The position numbers and the translations under genes are program-made. A stretch of 64,000 nucleotides of DNA, from the sequence record NC_054917.1. One strand, given 5' to 3'. The stretch's first letter is position 1, and each line of letters starts with the position of its first letter. Source of the stretch: Escherichia phage vB_EcoM_G50. The notes beneath the pieces are model-generated. The model saw nothing but the letters and a program-made list of their open reading frames with translations, did no database searches and was not told where the DNA came from. Positions 27,917 to 37,830 of this stretch are shown here, piece by piece.

Positions 27917-28378
27917 TCATTGAGTTTTAATTACTGCTTTAGAAGCCTTTCCTGGTAAACGACGACTGTTGATAATTGCCATCCTACATTGAAGCGACGG
28001 GTCTTTGAACTTCGCATTAGGTTTACAAACTGTAAATCCAAGCCAAAGATTTCCATCTGTGATTTCTAAACGTCCAGGGCGATATTCAACCCCATCAATA
28101 AAATCCTCGTCAATGTCAGGACGCGGAGGCATACTCAGGAATTCATTAACTTCTAAAACATGGTCTTTTATTTTGTGGAATAATTCAAAAACATATGTCT
28201 CATCAATCTCCCGTTGAATTGCACGATCAAGAAGATGCTGAGAATATTTTAGATGAAACGATGAGACCCCTGCTGCTTTTGATGCCTCACGAATCTCATT
28301 GTTAATTTGACGAAACTCCGACTCAAAGTGACGACGGAGCTTATTTCGACGGATAAAAACTTCTGTGTTGATAGTCAT
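27917..28378 (-). CDS. regB: Sequence-specific endoribonuclease RegB
   Basis: 153 aa; sequence MTINTEVFIRRNKLRRHFESEFRQ matches T4 RegB as recalled; early promoter immediately upstream. Confidence 0.85.
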   Translation of the reverse strand: MTINTEVFIRRNKLRRHFESEFRQINNEIREASKAAGVSSFHLKYSQHLLDRAIQREIDETYVFELFHKIKDHVLEVNEFLSMPPRPDIDEDFIDGVEYRPGRLEITDGNLWLGFTVCKPNAKFKDPSLQCRMAIINSRRLPGKASKAVIKTQ

Positions 28379-28404
28379 GTTATTCTCCTCTTAACTGATA
28401 GAAA

Positions 28405-28434
28405 AATTATACCACAGTCAAGAGGAAAAGTAAA
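28405..28434 (-). promoter_or_regulatory. T4-type early promoter (-35 GTTTAC, 18 nt, -10 TATAAT) upstream of regB
   Basis: Minus strand TGTTTACttttcctcttgactgtggTATAAT, about 27 nt upstream of the regB ATG. Confidence 0.6.
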
Positions 28435-28437
28435 CAG

Positions 28438-28716
28438 TTATTCTTTAAATCTAATCAATTTATTCATAGACTTTGAAACTTCTGCACGAACCTCATGTAG
28501 GTTTTTGAGTTGCTCAAGACGCTGCTCATAGTAAGCAATTTCATCTTCTTCGAGACAGTCCTGTGAATCTTCTTTAAGATAGCGTGCATAATCCTGGAAA
28601 GCGTTACGGACTACTTCCTGGAAGTCATCAAGACTTTGAATTTTCTTAGGAGCAACAGATACACGACGAGGGGCAGTATAATACTCATAACCAAACCCTG
28701 CGCTTAATTGAGCCAT
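28438..28716 (-). CDS. Hypothetical protein
   Basis: Track ORF shortened to internal ATG ([13 protein letters not shown]), giving a TAATG junction with the upstream ORF. Confidence 0.45.
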   Translation of the reverse strand: MAQLSAGFGYEYYTAPRRVSVAPKKIQSLDDFQEVVRNAFQDYARYLKEDSQDCLEEDEIAYYEQRLEQLKNLHEVRAEVSKSMNKLIRFKE

Positions 28717-28982
28717 TAATATTTTTCCTCTGGTTGGAACACAGCACGACAAGCCCACATACTGGCTTCTTTGAGTTTCGTTTTAGCAATAGTTAACTGA
28801 TCGAGGCTTTCAGCATAATTCTTCGCGAATTCACAGTCTTCACAATTATCTAGTGCTTCCCAAAATTCATCGTATAAAGCATCAAAGATAAGTCCTAAAC
28901 GAACTTCAGCATCTTTAATAGCATTCACTTTACCGATTTTCTCTTCAGTATGTGGCTTATAACCCTTAATATCTTCAATCAT
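28716..28982 (-). CDS. Hypothetical acidic protein (T4 vs.4/Acb2-like position; unverified)
   Basis: 88-aa ORF a few genes downstream of regB. Confidence 0.45.
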   Translation of the reverse strand: MIEDIKGYKPHTEEKIGKVNAIKDAEVRLGLIFDALYDEFWEALDNCEDCEFAKNYAESLDQLTIAKTKLKEASMWACRAVFQPEEKY

Positions 28983-29196
28983 ATTTTACTTCCTCACCAG
29001 TACCTAAATCATATTCAACTAAACGAATAGGCTCATGAATTCCATATCCCTGAACAGAAATTTCTGTCGTAGGATAAATTCCATCAATATCACCCATATT
29101 CCATGCTTCATTAAATTGCTGTTCGCCTGAATTACTAAACCACTCGGCGAAAGCATTTAGCACATCTTTAGAACCTTCAATAATTATCTTTGCCAT
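28975..29196 (-). CDS. Hypothetical protein
   Basis: 73-aa ORF; overlaps neighbours by a few nt. Confidence 0.45.
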   Translation of the reverse strand: MAKIIIEGSKDVLNAFAEWFSNSGEQQFNEAWNMGDIDGIYPTTEISVQGYGIHEPIRLVEYDLGTGEEVKYD

Positions 29197-29558
29197 TACA
29201 GACTCTCGGTAAAGGTACGAGCGATAACGTCGCGCTGCTGTTCCGGAGTCAGAGAGTTAAAGCGAACTGCATAACCGGATACACGGATGGTCAGCTGCGG
29301 ATATTTTTCCGGATGCTTAACTGCATCTTCCAGAGTTTCACGACGCAGAACGTTAACGTTCAGGTGTTGACCACCTTCAATTTTAACTGTAGGCTGTTGC
29401 TCAATTTCAATTTCACGGGCATGCAAACCGTAGAAAATTTCTGGGTCTACAAAAGAGTCCTCTTTAAAGGTTTTAGAAACAATAATTCGTGCTTGAATAC
29501 CATCTTCAAAATAAATAGTACCTTTGTGTGTGCCTTCAAGAATTTGATATGCTTTCAT
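29196..29558 (-). CDS. Autonomous glycyl-radical cofactor (GrcA/YfiD-like)
   Basis: 120 aa; C-terminal about 60 residues ([60 protein letters not shown]) match E. coli GrcA as recalled, including glycyl-radical site RVSGYAV; locally GC-rich DNA. Confidence 0.9.
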   Translation of the reverse strand: MKAYQILEGTHKGTIYFEDGIQARIIVSKTFKEDSFVDPEIFYGLHAREIEIEQQPTVKIEGGQHLNVNVLRRETLEDAVKHPEKYPQLTIRVSGYAVRFNSLTPEQQRDVIARTFTESL

Positions 29559-29565
29559 ATAAACC

Positions 29566-29895
29566 TCAATTAGAAAATAAATTTATCCAAGATTGTTCTT
29601 TAATTAAAAATGGCTCAGAATCATATGCCATTAAACTCTGTGTGATTAGTCCTTTAAAAGGCCCATCAATAAATTCCATAGTAAAATATGGAATTTTATT
29701 CATTAGCCGTGCATTAGGAGCCGTGCACAAAACTCTGCATCCTTTGAATACGCCTTTTTGTAATTTGTATTGCTTAGGATAAAATTCGCTCAAAATGTTA
29801 TTTTTTGCTAAAATTTCAAAATGATTCACCAATTTATTTTTAATAGTTTTTGGCGAAAAATAGAGATATTCGAAAAGCTGAGTGTCTGTCATCAT
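29566..29895 (-). CDS. Hypothetical protein
   Basis: Track ORF shortened to internal start [10 protein letters not shown], giving a 4-nt overlap with the upstream gene. Confidence 0.45.
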   Translation of the reverse strand: MMTDTQLFEYLYFSPKTIKNKLVNHFEILAKNNILSEFYPKQYKLQKGVFKGCRVLCTAPNARLMNKIPYFTMEFIDGPFKGLITQSLMAYDSEPFLIKEQSWINLFSN

Positions 29896-30431
29896 TGCAT
29901 TCCGATTACGAAAAACTGTGGACGAGTAATACCACCAATGCAACATTTAATATTACAGCAGCAGTGTACAGTGTCAATATGGACACTATAAATCTTATCC
30001 ATATCAGGAGATTTGACAGGCTCATCAATTATATATAAAATTCGCGAAAGCTTTAAACCTCTGAACTTGCTTCCTTTATTACCGATAAAACTGCGCACAG
30101 AATCAGTAAATAAACGAAAACGTATATCATCATTAGAATAACGCGAAAATTCCTTTTTAATGTTATTTGCAGAAATTTTAGCGTAAGCTGAAGTATTAGA
30201 AAGAACAATAACTGTTCCGCCATCATACAACCAATTAGCAGCAAAGTTAGTCACAGCAATTGATTTACCGGATTGACGTCCACCGTCTAGTCGAAGTGTG
30301 CAATACTGTTTAAGTAATTCTTCAAATGGCGGGATATATTCGTTTTTACAAATTTCTTCTACTCTAGCATCAGAATGGTGTGTAAAAGCATTCATCAGGG
30401 ATAGATAAGGACCAGTTAAAAATGTTCTCAT
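29892..30431 (-). CDS. Hypothetical P-loop-containing protein
   Basis: 179 aa; Walker-A-like GGRQSGKS and Walker-B-like ILYIIDEP; Cys-rich C-terminus; sits where T4 denV would be expected. Confidence 0.5.
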   Translation of the reverse strand: MRTFLTGPYLSLMNAFTHHSDARVEEICKNEYIPPFEELLKQYCTLRLDGGRQSGKSIAVTNFAANWLYDGGTVIVLSNTSAYAKISANNIKKEFSRYSNDDIRFRLFTDSVRSFIGNKGSKFRGLKLSRILYIIDEPVKSPDMDKIYSVHIDTVHCCCNIKCCIGGITRPQFFVIGMQ

Positions 30432-30571
30432 TTCTTCTCTCTAAATTTGGGCCATTCCGTGGCGCATGAATTGTCCATTTCTGTATTTACCCATTACCGC
30501 ACTTGGGCTCGACCTTATTACAGGTTGGCGGGAATCCCTCACAGAATCATGAGGTCCAGGTTGTTCCCATA

Positions 30572-31045
30572 TTATTTGAACGATTTAACGTACTGAATAG
30601 AACCTTTACTATTCACGAAAGCGATTTTACCATTTTTATTATACATGGTAGCAGTACGCTGATAGCCATAAGTTTGCTTACCAGATTGATAACCAACTAA
30701 TGCAAAATTATCTTCACCCATTTTATTCTGTTTAGCGCGAATGCGTTCATGACCATGTGCCATAAGAACCTTAGCATCACCAGTTGCAATGGATCGACGA
30801 GTTTTTTCATCTTCAACTGTATTAACAAAGTCGTCAAATGAATCAAATTTAGCATGAGATTTATTATACAGTTTTCCATCTACTGCATAATTATATCCCT
30901 GTACATCCATCTCAACTTCTGTACCATCATCCAATACAGCAGTGATTTTCTGTCCTTTTTTAAATTTCAAAAGATCAGTAAAAGATTCAGCAATAATTTG
31001 AGAATTAATAGCTGCTTCAGTAATAAATTCTTGATATGTTTTCAT
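30572..31045 (-). CDS. Internal-protein-like head protein with capsid targeting sequence
   Basis: 157 aa; N-terminus MKTYQEFITEA is the conserved T4 internal-protein targeting sequence ending in a protease-type I-x-E site; ipII/ipIII position beside e. Confidence 0.7.
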   Translation of the reverse strand: MKTYQEFITEAAINSQIIAESFTDLLKFKKGQKITAVLDDGTEVEMDVQGYNYAVDGKLYNKSHAKFDSFDDFVNTVEDEKTRRSIATGDAKVLMAHGHERIRAKQNKMGEDNFALVGYQSGKQTYGYQRTATMYNKNGKIAFVNSKGSIQYVKSFK

Positions 31046-31061
31046 GTGTATCCTTTAATTT

Positions 31062-31379
31062 TTATTCTTTAGGGAAGTTTTTAGAATATGCATCATAAAG
31101 CTTATTTCCAATACGGCGGAAAACTCTAGCCGCAAAACGATTTTCTGGGTTTTTAATCATGATTTGCATCATATAAGTACCCGCGTCAGAAAGAGCTTCT
31201 TCATAGTACCCGTTAATTTCTTTAAGAGTCCTACGTTTACCACCAGGACCATCAACAGTGATTTTCCATTTACCTGTAGAAGTGCGACTTGGCGGCTCAA
31301 CTTGTTCAATCCAGATATAACCGCCTTCTACACGTTGTCCTTGGGCAGATTCTGCAATAAATTCTTTAAACGTTTTCAT
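31062..31379 (-). CDS. Internal-protein-like head protein with capsid targeting sequence
   Basis: 105 aa; N-terminus MKTFKEFIAES; immediately downstream of e. Confidence 0.7.
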   Translation of the reverse strand: MKTFKEFIAESAQGQRVEGGYIWIEQVEPPSRTSTGKWKITVDGPGGKRRTLKEINGYYEEALSDAGTYMMQIMIKNPENRFAARVFRRIGNKLYDAYSKNFPKE

Positions 31380-31450
31380 ATGGTTCCTTTAAATATTTTA
31401 ATTAGTAACTATGAATATACTATCACAGTTCTAGGAGAAAGTAAACAACT

Positions 31451-32419
<969 letters not shown>

Positions 32420-32438
<19 letters not shown>

Positions 32439-32923
32439 TCAGTGATAAAATTATTTAAATTTTGAGTATATTTCTTTTCATCAAAAATCTTTTGCTGCCT
32501 ACGTAACCGCCATGGCATTTCAATGAACACGCACCATATTCCTGATAGTACTGCTGCTGTAAAAATATTAACAAGTATAATTAAAAGAATCCAATCTTCC
32601 GTTCTGCCTACTGGACTTTCTCCAAAGAAGCAAAATACAAATGATGTCACAGGAAAACTAATAATATACCACAGAATCATAATCTTATCTGTGAACCAAT
32701 CAGCGTTCGTTAATTTAGCGCGACCATTATGAATACACACGAATTTATCATCTGTTGCAGTAGATGGCTTAACTGGTTGATATCCCATTCTAAACTCCCT
32801 AATCAGCAAATTTTTCATATCTTCGGAACAGCCATTCCAGTCAACTCTATCAACTGAAATGCCATCATCCCCGTCATCTAAATCATACCAGCGAGTTTTT
32901 AAAATCATTTGATTTTCCTGCAA
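32420..32923 (-). CDS. Membrane protein (e.2-like position)
   Basis: 167 aa with hydrophobic helices in the C-terminal half. Confidence 0.5.
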
Positions 32924-33267
32924 TCACTCACAAACTCTTTCATTGATTCATTTTCAATATAAGACATGTAGCTATTATATTCTTTTAATTGTATTTTGTA
33001 ATCCTTTTTTCTTTGCCAATTTATTTTAAAATTATCATAATGAAAATATAGCATGGTACCAAAGAATGAAAATAATGAAATAATTTTAGTATAGCGAAGT
33101 TCACTCCAAACTTCTATTATATTTACTGTGCCGTCGATGTTTAAAATAAGACAGTCAATTAATAATCCAAAAAGACTACCCGCAAGAGCTGCAGCCAACG
33201 CCACAGCAAAAATTAAAAATGACTCAGGAAGCGAATATTTGACTTTATTTAGTTTTGGCTTTTGCAT
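32905..33267 (-). CDS. Membrane protein
   Basis: 120 aa; two hydrophobic segments. Confidence 0.5.
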   Translation of the reverse strand: MQKPKLNKVKYSLPESFLIFAVALAAALAGSLFGLLIDCLILNIDGTVNIIEVWSELRYTKIISLFSFFGTMLYFHYDNFKINWQRKKDYKIQLKEYNSYMSYIENESMKEFVSDCRKIK

Positions 33268-33662
33268 CGTGATTCCTTAACAAATTTCATAATTTCATCA
33301 AATTCATACGCAGCAAGTTTAAGCTGATGTTCCTTTTTAATCTTTTTACACTGTGCTTTCCAATCACGTACGCGTTTACGATAATGCCTTCCTTGATACC
33401 AGTATCCTACCCAATTTACAGGTACTAATAAAAGTGGAACTATTAATGGAAGAATTAGCATTAACACAAGTATTTCGCCAGAATCAATATCAGTCATAAC
33501 ATCTAAAACACCTCCAATAATCAATAGAATTACAAATGATATGAGTATAACAGGACCTATTAATACATCAGTAGGAATTAGCTGGCGCTTTAATTCATAC
33601 TTCAAAGGTTTACTTGGAAGGTATAGTGATGGCTTTGACATATTCTCTACATTCCTTAACAA
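33249..33662 (-). CDS. Membrane protein
   Basis: 137 aa; two hydrophobic helices followed by a basic tail. Confidence 0.5.
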   Translation of the reverse strand: MLRNVENMSKPSLYLPSKPLKYELKRQLIPTDVLIGPVILISFVILLIIGGVLDVMTDIDSGEILVLMLILPLIVPLLLVPVNWVGYWYQGRHYRKRVRDWKAQCKKIKKEHQLKLAAYEFDEIMKFVKESRCKSQN

Positions 33663-34218
33663 ATTTTTCTAGTAATAAATCACTTTCAAAATTAGGATTT
33701 TCCACTAATTTATCAAAAAGATCATCAACAATATTCAAGATATTTCTTTTACTAAGAATACGTTTATTTTCATGCTTCGTTTCAGAATCAACTATAAGAG
33801 TAAAGAAATATTTCTTTCCCTGAAATTTTACTGTAGTATCAATATAGAATAAATTTGACTTTTGTAAGTTACGTTTAAACCATGCGTCACTTAAACTATA
33901 AACACCGAGATAATCAAAATCGTCGTTTAAATAACAAACTGTCCATTCAGGAGAAATGAAATCAGTAAATTCAACATCAAAATCACATGTCAATAAATGA
34001 ATTGATTCAATATTGTTAATAAGTATTCCAGGACGTATTAAAGACTTTTTACCTCTGGAAAATCTTCCAGAAAGACTTTCATCAGTTTCATATGAAGAAC
34101 CCCAATAATAATTACGTCCTTCTGCCATACGTTTAAGAGCATTTAGTAATTGATCTGGAACATCAACCTGTCTTTGGAACTCTTCAAACATTGAATTGAA
34201 ATCACTTTGCATTTTCAT
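33610..34218 (-). CDS. Hypothetical protein
   Basis: 202-aa ORF. Confidence 0.5.
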   Translation of the reverse strand: MKMQSDFNSMFEEFQRQVDVPDQLLNALKRMAEGRNYYWGSSYETDESLSGRFSRGKKSLIRPGILINNIESIHLLTCDFDVEFTDFISPEWTVCYLNDDFDYLGVYSLSDAWFKRNLQKSNLFYIDTTVKFQGKKYFFTLIVDSETKHENKRILSKRNILNIVDDLFDKLVENPNFESDLLLEKFVKECREYVKAITIPSK

Positions 34219-34259
34219 TCCTATTTACTCCAAGTAATAGGGGCCGAAGCCCCTTATCA

Positions 34260-34853
34260 TTATTTCAGAGAATTAATGTATTCCTGAACATCGGCAGAAG
34301 TAGTTTCAACCCCAGAAATATTACCGTTAAAGGTTTCAACTCGAGCAAGGGTATCTTCAATATCAACCTTAGTCAGTGCTGCAATTTCAACTACATCATC
34401 AGCAGTACTAATTCCAAGGGCATTTGCCGCACGAGTTTCACGGATATATTCCAATTTAACTGCAAGTTCTTGGCGAGCATCATCTAACTCAACTACTTTC
34501 TTAGCGATTTCAATTCGCATTTCGGCATAACCGTCAGCCTTAGTAGTCAACTGCTCAGCTGTTCGACGATATAGTAAACCAAGTTTAGCATGCATTGTTA
34601 CATCTTGACCTTCGGAAAGAAGCTTGCGAATTTCACGCTCTTTTGATTCGGCCTGTTTATTCTTTTCAATAACAAGTTCACGAATACGTTTTTCTTCATT
34701 AATAGATTTAATAGAAGCAGTTTTTAGATCTTTAATTTTATCAAGTAGTTTTGCTGCTGCAGCGGTATATTGTTCTTCAACAGATAGATTTTTAGCCATA
34801 GCAGAACCAAGTTTAGTGCGAATAAAATCAACAATTTTCTTCAGTGTGTTCAT
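34260..34853 (-). CDS. Hypothetical coiled-coil protein
   Basis: 197 aa, largely helical and charged. Confidence 0.5.
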   Translation of the reverse strand: MNTLKKIVDFIRTKLGSAMAKNLSVEEQYTAAAAKLLDKIKDLKTASIKSINEEKRIRELVIEKNKQAESKEREIRKLLSEGQDVTMHAKLGLLYRRTAEQLTTKADGYAEMRIEIAKKVVELDDARQELAVKLEYIRETRAANALGISTADDVVEIAALTKVDIEDTLARVETFNGNISGVETTSADVQEYINSLK

Positions 34854-35141
34854 AGTATTTCCTTAGGTTAATTAAGATTTAAAATCCATGAGAGTATTAT
34901 ACTCCGGATAGTTTGTAAACTATTTCAACATCGCCTTTTGCTGCTTTATAACCTTCAGCCCAAGATACAACCGAGTTTTTATCTGAAGATTCAAATTCTG
35001 GCATTGGACTTTCATCAATGTTCACACAGTATGTTTCTTCATTTTCGTCAAACCAAATAGTTAAAGTAGTCATTTATTTCTCCGCTTCTGTGATTGTTTT
35101 GATAAGTCTATAATAACACCGTCCTTGGTGTTTGTACACAC

Positions 35142-35417
35142 TTATTTCATATTATTGAAATATTCTTCTGCGATTTCATCGTTATCGTGGTAAACTTTAG
35201 AAGACAGTTTAACATAACCTTCAGCAGTGAACATATTAATCACAACTTTTACAGTATACCACTGACCGTCTTCATTACCCATTACTGCGTAAGTTTCAAA
35301 CATCAGATGGTCAGGACCGATAACTTTAATATCATTCACTGTACGACCGAAATCTTCTGAAACGCATTTCATAAAGAAGTTGAACAGTTCGCCGTAATTA
35401 TCCATTTCATTCTCCAA
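35142..35417 (-). CDS. Hypothetical acidic protein
   Basis: 91-aa track ORF (track start appears to be TTG; an ATG four codons in is the likelier start); early promoter upstream. Confidence 0.5.
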   Translation of the reverse strand: MENEMDNYGELFNFFMKCVSEDFGRTVNDIKVIGPDHLMFETYAVMGNEDGQWYTVKVVINMFTAEGYVKLSSKVYHDNDEIAEEYFNNMK

Positions 35418-35448
35418 GTTGTTTTCTGTATCAGTAGTTGATAGTTGT

Positions 35449-35478
35449 ATAGTACCACGGAAGAACAGAGATGTAAAC
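35449..35478 (-). promoter_or_regulatory. T4-type early promoter (-35 GTTTAC, 18 nt, -10 TACTAT) with conserved leader
   Basis: Minus strand TGTTTACatctctgttcttccgtggTACTATacaactatcaactac; near-identical to the block at 18870. Confidence 0.55.
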
Positions 35479-35610
35479 AGTTTTGTGAAAAATTTTTTAA
35501 AAAGTTTTAGGGAATTCTAGGGAAGGGAGGGGCAATTAAAGGATAGGATAATATATTATAAAGGGTAGAAACTAAATGATGCCTAGAGAGGTCCAGAAAG
35601 GCCTAGATGC

Positions 35611-35636
35611 CAAAAAGCCCTATCATTTAGATAGGG
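35611..35636 (-). terminator. Intrinsic terminator after the first extra internal-protein-like gene
   Basis: Hairpin ccctatc-attta-gataggg followed by UUUUU on the minus strand, directly after the stop at 35645. Confidence 0.55.
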
Positions 35637-35644
35637 ATTTAAAA

Positions 35645-36208
35645 TTATTTATCTAGTTTAGTTATTATAGCTTCTACGGCAGCTTTTAGCTTAGATGCGG
35701 TGTTAATACGATTTTTAATTTCAGTATACGCATCGCCAAGAACATCAAGGCTATCAGAATAAACACTTACACTATTGCGTTCGCTATTTGAAATAGAACC
35801 TTTAGTTTTACGATCAAAATCGGTGTACACGTCTTGAAGATCACGCGCTGCCTTCTTTGCATCATCCAATGCATCAAGAGCTTTATTCAAAGCATTAACG
35901 TATTTTTTAGTGTCGAACATATTCTTAGAAATTTTAGCAGGTGCACGTTCAGGAGTAGCTAATACAGATTTAGGAACCTGAGCGCCAGATGCCAATTTCT
36001 TAGAAATTTTGAAAAACGCTTTATTGAATTTATTTTCTTGACTCATCGTAAAAGAACTATTATCGATGTTGTACATTTCAATAGCTTTAGCTTTCCACTT
36101 AAGAAAATCGCCGCGGTCTTTTGGGTCCAAGTGGAAAAATACTTTAGTAAGATCTGCTTCAGATGGTAATTTTGCTGCTTCGGTTAAAAATTCGGCATAG
36201 GTTTTCAT
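35645..36208 (-). CDS. Internal-protein-like protein with capsid targeting sequence (additional cassette)
   Basis: 187 aa; N-terminus MKTYAEFLTEA; Lys/Ala-rich; bounded by terminator hairpins. Confidence 0.65.
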   Translation of the reverse strand: MKTYAEFLTEAAKLPSEADLTKVFFHLDPKDRGDFLKWKAKAIEMYNIDNSSFTMSQENKFNKAFFKISKKLASGAQVPKSVLATPERAPAKISKNMFDTKKYVNALNKALDALDDAKKAARDLQDVYTDFDRKTKGSISNSERNSVSVYSDSLDVLGDAYTEIKNRINTASKLKAAVEAIITKLDK

Positions 36209-36296
36209 TTAAAATCCTTGAAATAATTTATCGGTTGGTTATTAATTATTTATTACTTTGTTATTATCCGTAACAGCATTCTCTATGTGATTCAAA

Positions 36297-36324
36297 CTAA
36301 AAACCCCAACCTTTCGGTCGGGGC
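36297..36324 (-). terminator. Intrinsic terminator, copy 1 of a repeated hairpin
   Basis: ccccaacc-tttc-ggtcgggg with a U-run on the minus strand; near-identical copy at 36855-36884. Confidence 0.6.
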
Positions 36325-36332
36325 TAAGAATG

Positions 36333-36806
36333 TTATTTGATTTGTTTAGCAGACCAAATGCGGTCTTTGATGATTTTTTGAATGTCTTCAACATACTCTA
36401 GGTCATGAGCATGTGGGTTATCTTTGAAACTATAAGCACGAGCTAGTTTTTGGCCTTCAGTTTTGATTACTAAAAGCTCTTTAAGGATAGCTTCATATTT
36501 AGCGATAATTCCTTTAACAATATTTTTTTCTTGTGCAGCTTTAGGATCTGCTTTAGGAGCAGGTTTACCCGAAGCCTTTGCAAAAGCAGCACCAGTAGCA
36601 ACTAAACTTTTCCAGGCCATACTAACCGCATTTCCTGTAAATCCTTCTGCTTTCATGTCGCGAGCAAACTGGAATCGTGATTCGTCAGAAGCATCTTTAT
36701 AGGAATATTTACCCGCTGCAATGGCTGCTTTTGCGACAGCTTGAATTTCGGTGCTAGATGCTTCATTTAACACCGCTTCATTTAAAAATTGAGCATATGA
36801 TTTCAT
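36333..36806 (-). CDS. Internal-protein-like protein with capsid targeting sequence (additional cassette)
   Basis: 157 aa; N-terminus MKSYAQFLNEA; late-promoter motif upstream. Confidence 0.65.
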   Translation of the reverse strand: MKSYAQFLNEAVLNEASSTEIQAVAKAAIAAGKYSYKDASDESRFQFARDMKAEGFTGNAVSMAWKSLVATGAAFAKASGKPAPKADPKAAQEKNIVKGIIAKYEAILKELLVIKTEGQKLARAYSFKDNPHAHDLEYVEDIQKIIKDRIWSAKQIK

Positions 36807-36846
36807 CTTATTTCCTGTTTTAATTCGTGGATTTAATATACTACTA

Positions 36847-36854
36847 TATTTATA
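36847..36854 (-). promoter_or_regulatory. T4 late promoter motif TATAAATA
   Basis: Exact TATAAATA on the minus strand about 40 nt upstream of the ATG at 36806. Confidence 0.5.
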
Positions 36855-36884
36855 CTAAAAAGCCCCAACCTTTCGGTCGGGGCT
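36855..36884 (-). terminator. Intrinsic terminator, copy 2 of the repeated hairpin
   Basis: agccccaacc-tttc-ggtcggggct followed by UUUUU on the minus strand. Confidence 0.6.
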
Positions 36885-36889
36885 AAGCC

Positions 36890-37190
36890 TTGCGGCAACC
36901 TTGTCGGGGTTCCACCTGCTAAGGCAAGTGTTTGTACGAAACGCCGGGATTCGAACCCGGTTATTAAGCAGTTGACGCTACTTAATATTTTTAAAAGGCC
37001 ATATCTCGACCATATCCGAACGTTCCGTCAAAAACGCTACTCGGCTTACGGCAAAGATATTTCCTCGAATCGATAATTCGGTGCGCCGTTTCTGCTGTGA
37101 TGTAAGAGGGCATCAACAAATCATAAAGATTTATTAACACAATTCCTTACCCAGGGAACATCAGTCCGACGACTTACCGGTAGCGACCCG
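36890..37190 (-). ncRNA. Putative small stable RNA(s), tRNA-like (comparable to T4 species 1/2 RNAs)
   Basis: About 300 nt with no ORF; contains a canonical T-arm CCGGGUUCGAAUCCCGG (plus strand 36944-36960) and flanking helices but no clean cloverleaf by eye. Confidence 0.3.
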
Positions 37191-37195
37191 GTTTC

Positions 37196-37546
37196 TTAAT
37201 ATTCTTTTAAAGCATCAATCTGTTCACGACGTTTACGCCATAAATCAATTGCTTCATACGCAGATTCAGCATTTCGAATTGGACGGCATTTATATAAAGA
37301 CTTGTGATTTTGATATTGCGTAGATAACGGAATTTTATCTAAAAGGTCTTTACGTTCAAAGTATTCGTAACCATCTAAGCCAAATGAACGATTTTTGAGA
37401 AATTGCCAATGACCAAATTCGTTTTGAATATAAATATAATCCGCGTGTTGATAAAGTAAATTAATTTCACGAAATGAGATATGTTTTTCATATTCATTGA
37501 AGTAAAATGTTAAATCATGAACTACTAAATAAACATTACCTTTCAT
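37196..37546 (-). CDS. Hypothetical protein inside the tRNA/stable-RNA region
   Basis: 116-aa ORF; no GIY-YIG or HNH motifs, so not a segB-type homing endonuclease. Confidence 0.5.
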   Translation of the reverse strand: MKGNVYLVVHDLTFYFNEYEKHISFREINLLYQHADYIYIQNEFGHWQFLKNRSFGLDGYEYFERKDLLDKIPLSTQYQNHKSLYKCRPIRNAESAYEAIDLWRKRREQIDALKEY

Positions 37547-37564
37547 ATTTTCCTCACTTATAAT

Positions 37565-37640
37565 TGGTCGAGGCAGTAGGGATCGAACCTACGACCTAGG
37601 ACTTAGAAGGTCCTTGCTCTTCCTTCTGAGCTATGCCCCG
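37565..37640 (-). tRNA. tRNA-Arg (anticodon UCU)
   Basis: Hand-folded 76-nt cloverleaf; anticodon loop CUUCUAA; T-loop GGUUCGAUCC; encoded CCA. Confidence 0.8.
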
Positions 37641-37644
37641 TAAT

Positions 37645-37720
37645 TGGGGTGACCGATGGGAGTCGAACCCATGACTACGAGAATCACAATCTTGAGTTCT
37701 ACCAACTGAACTACGGCCAC
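37645..37720 (-). tRNA. tRNA-His (anticodon GUG), probable
   Basis: 76-nt cloverleaf; anticodon loop UUGUGAU; discriminator C73 as in His tRNAs; one A-C mismatch in the anticodon stem; no encoded G-1. Confidence 0.6.
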
Positions 37721-37814
37721 ATTAATACCTACTCCAACAATCAAGATGTCTTCACACGAAATTAAGAGAAGAGTGATCAGTTCAACCCCGATAATCGCGT
37801 CAAGTAGATATTAA

Positions 37815-37830
37815 TGTGACAACTGTCACA
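37815..37830. repeat. Short inverted repeat TGTGACA-ac-TGTCACA in the spacer between tRNAs
   Basis: 7-bp arms with a 2-nt spacer inside a 114-nt tRNA-free gap. Confidence 0.5.

Noticed and set aside
30697-30879. 60-aa minus-strand ORF inside the internal-protein-like gene 30572-31045
   Set aside because: Alternative frame fully inside a longer ORF with a recognisable N-terminal targeting sequence
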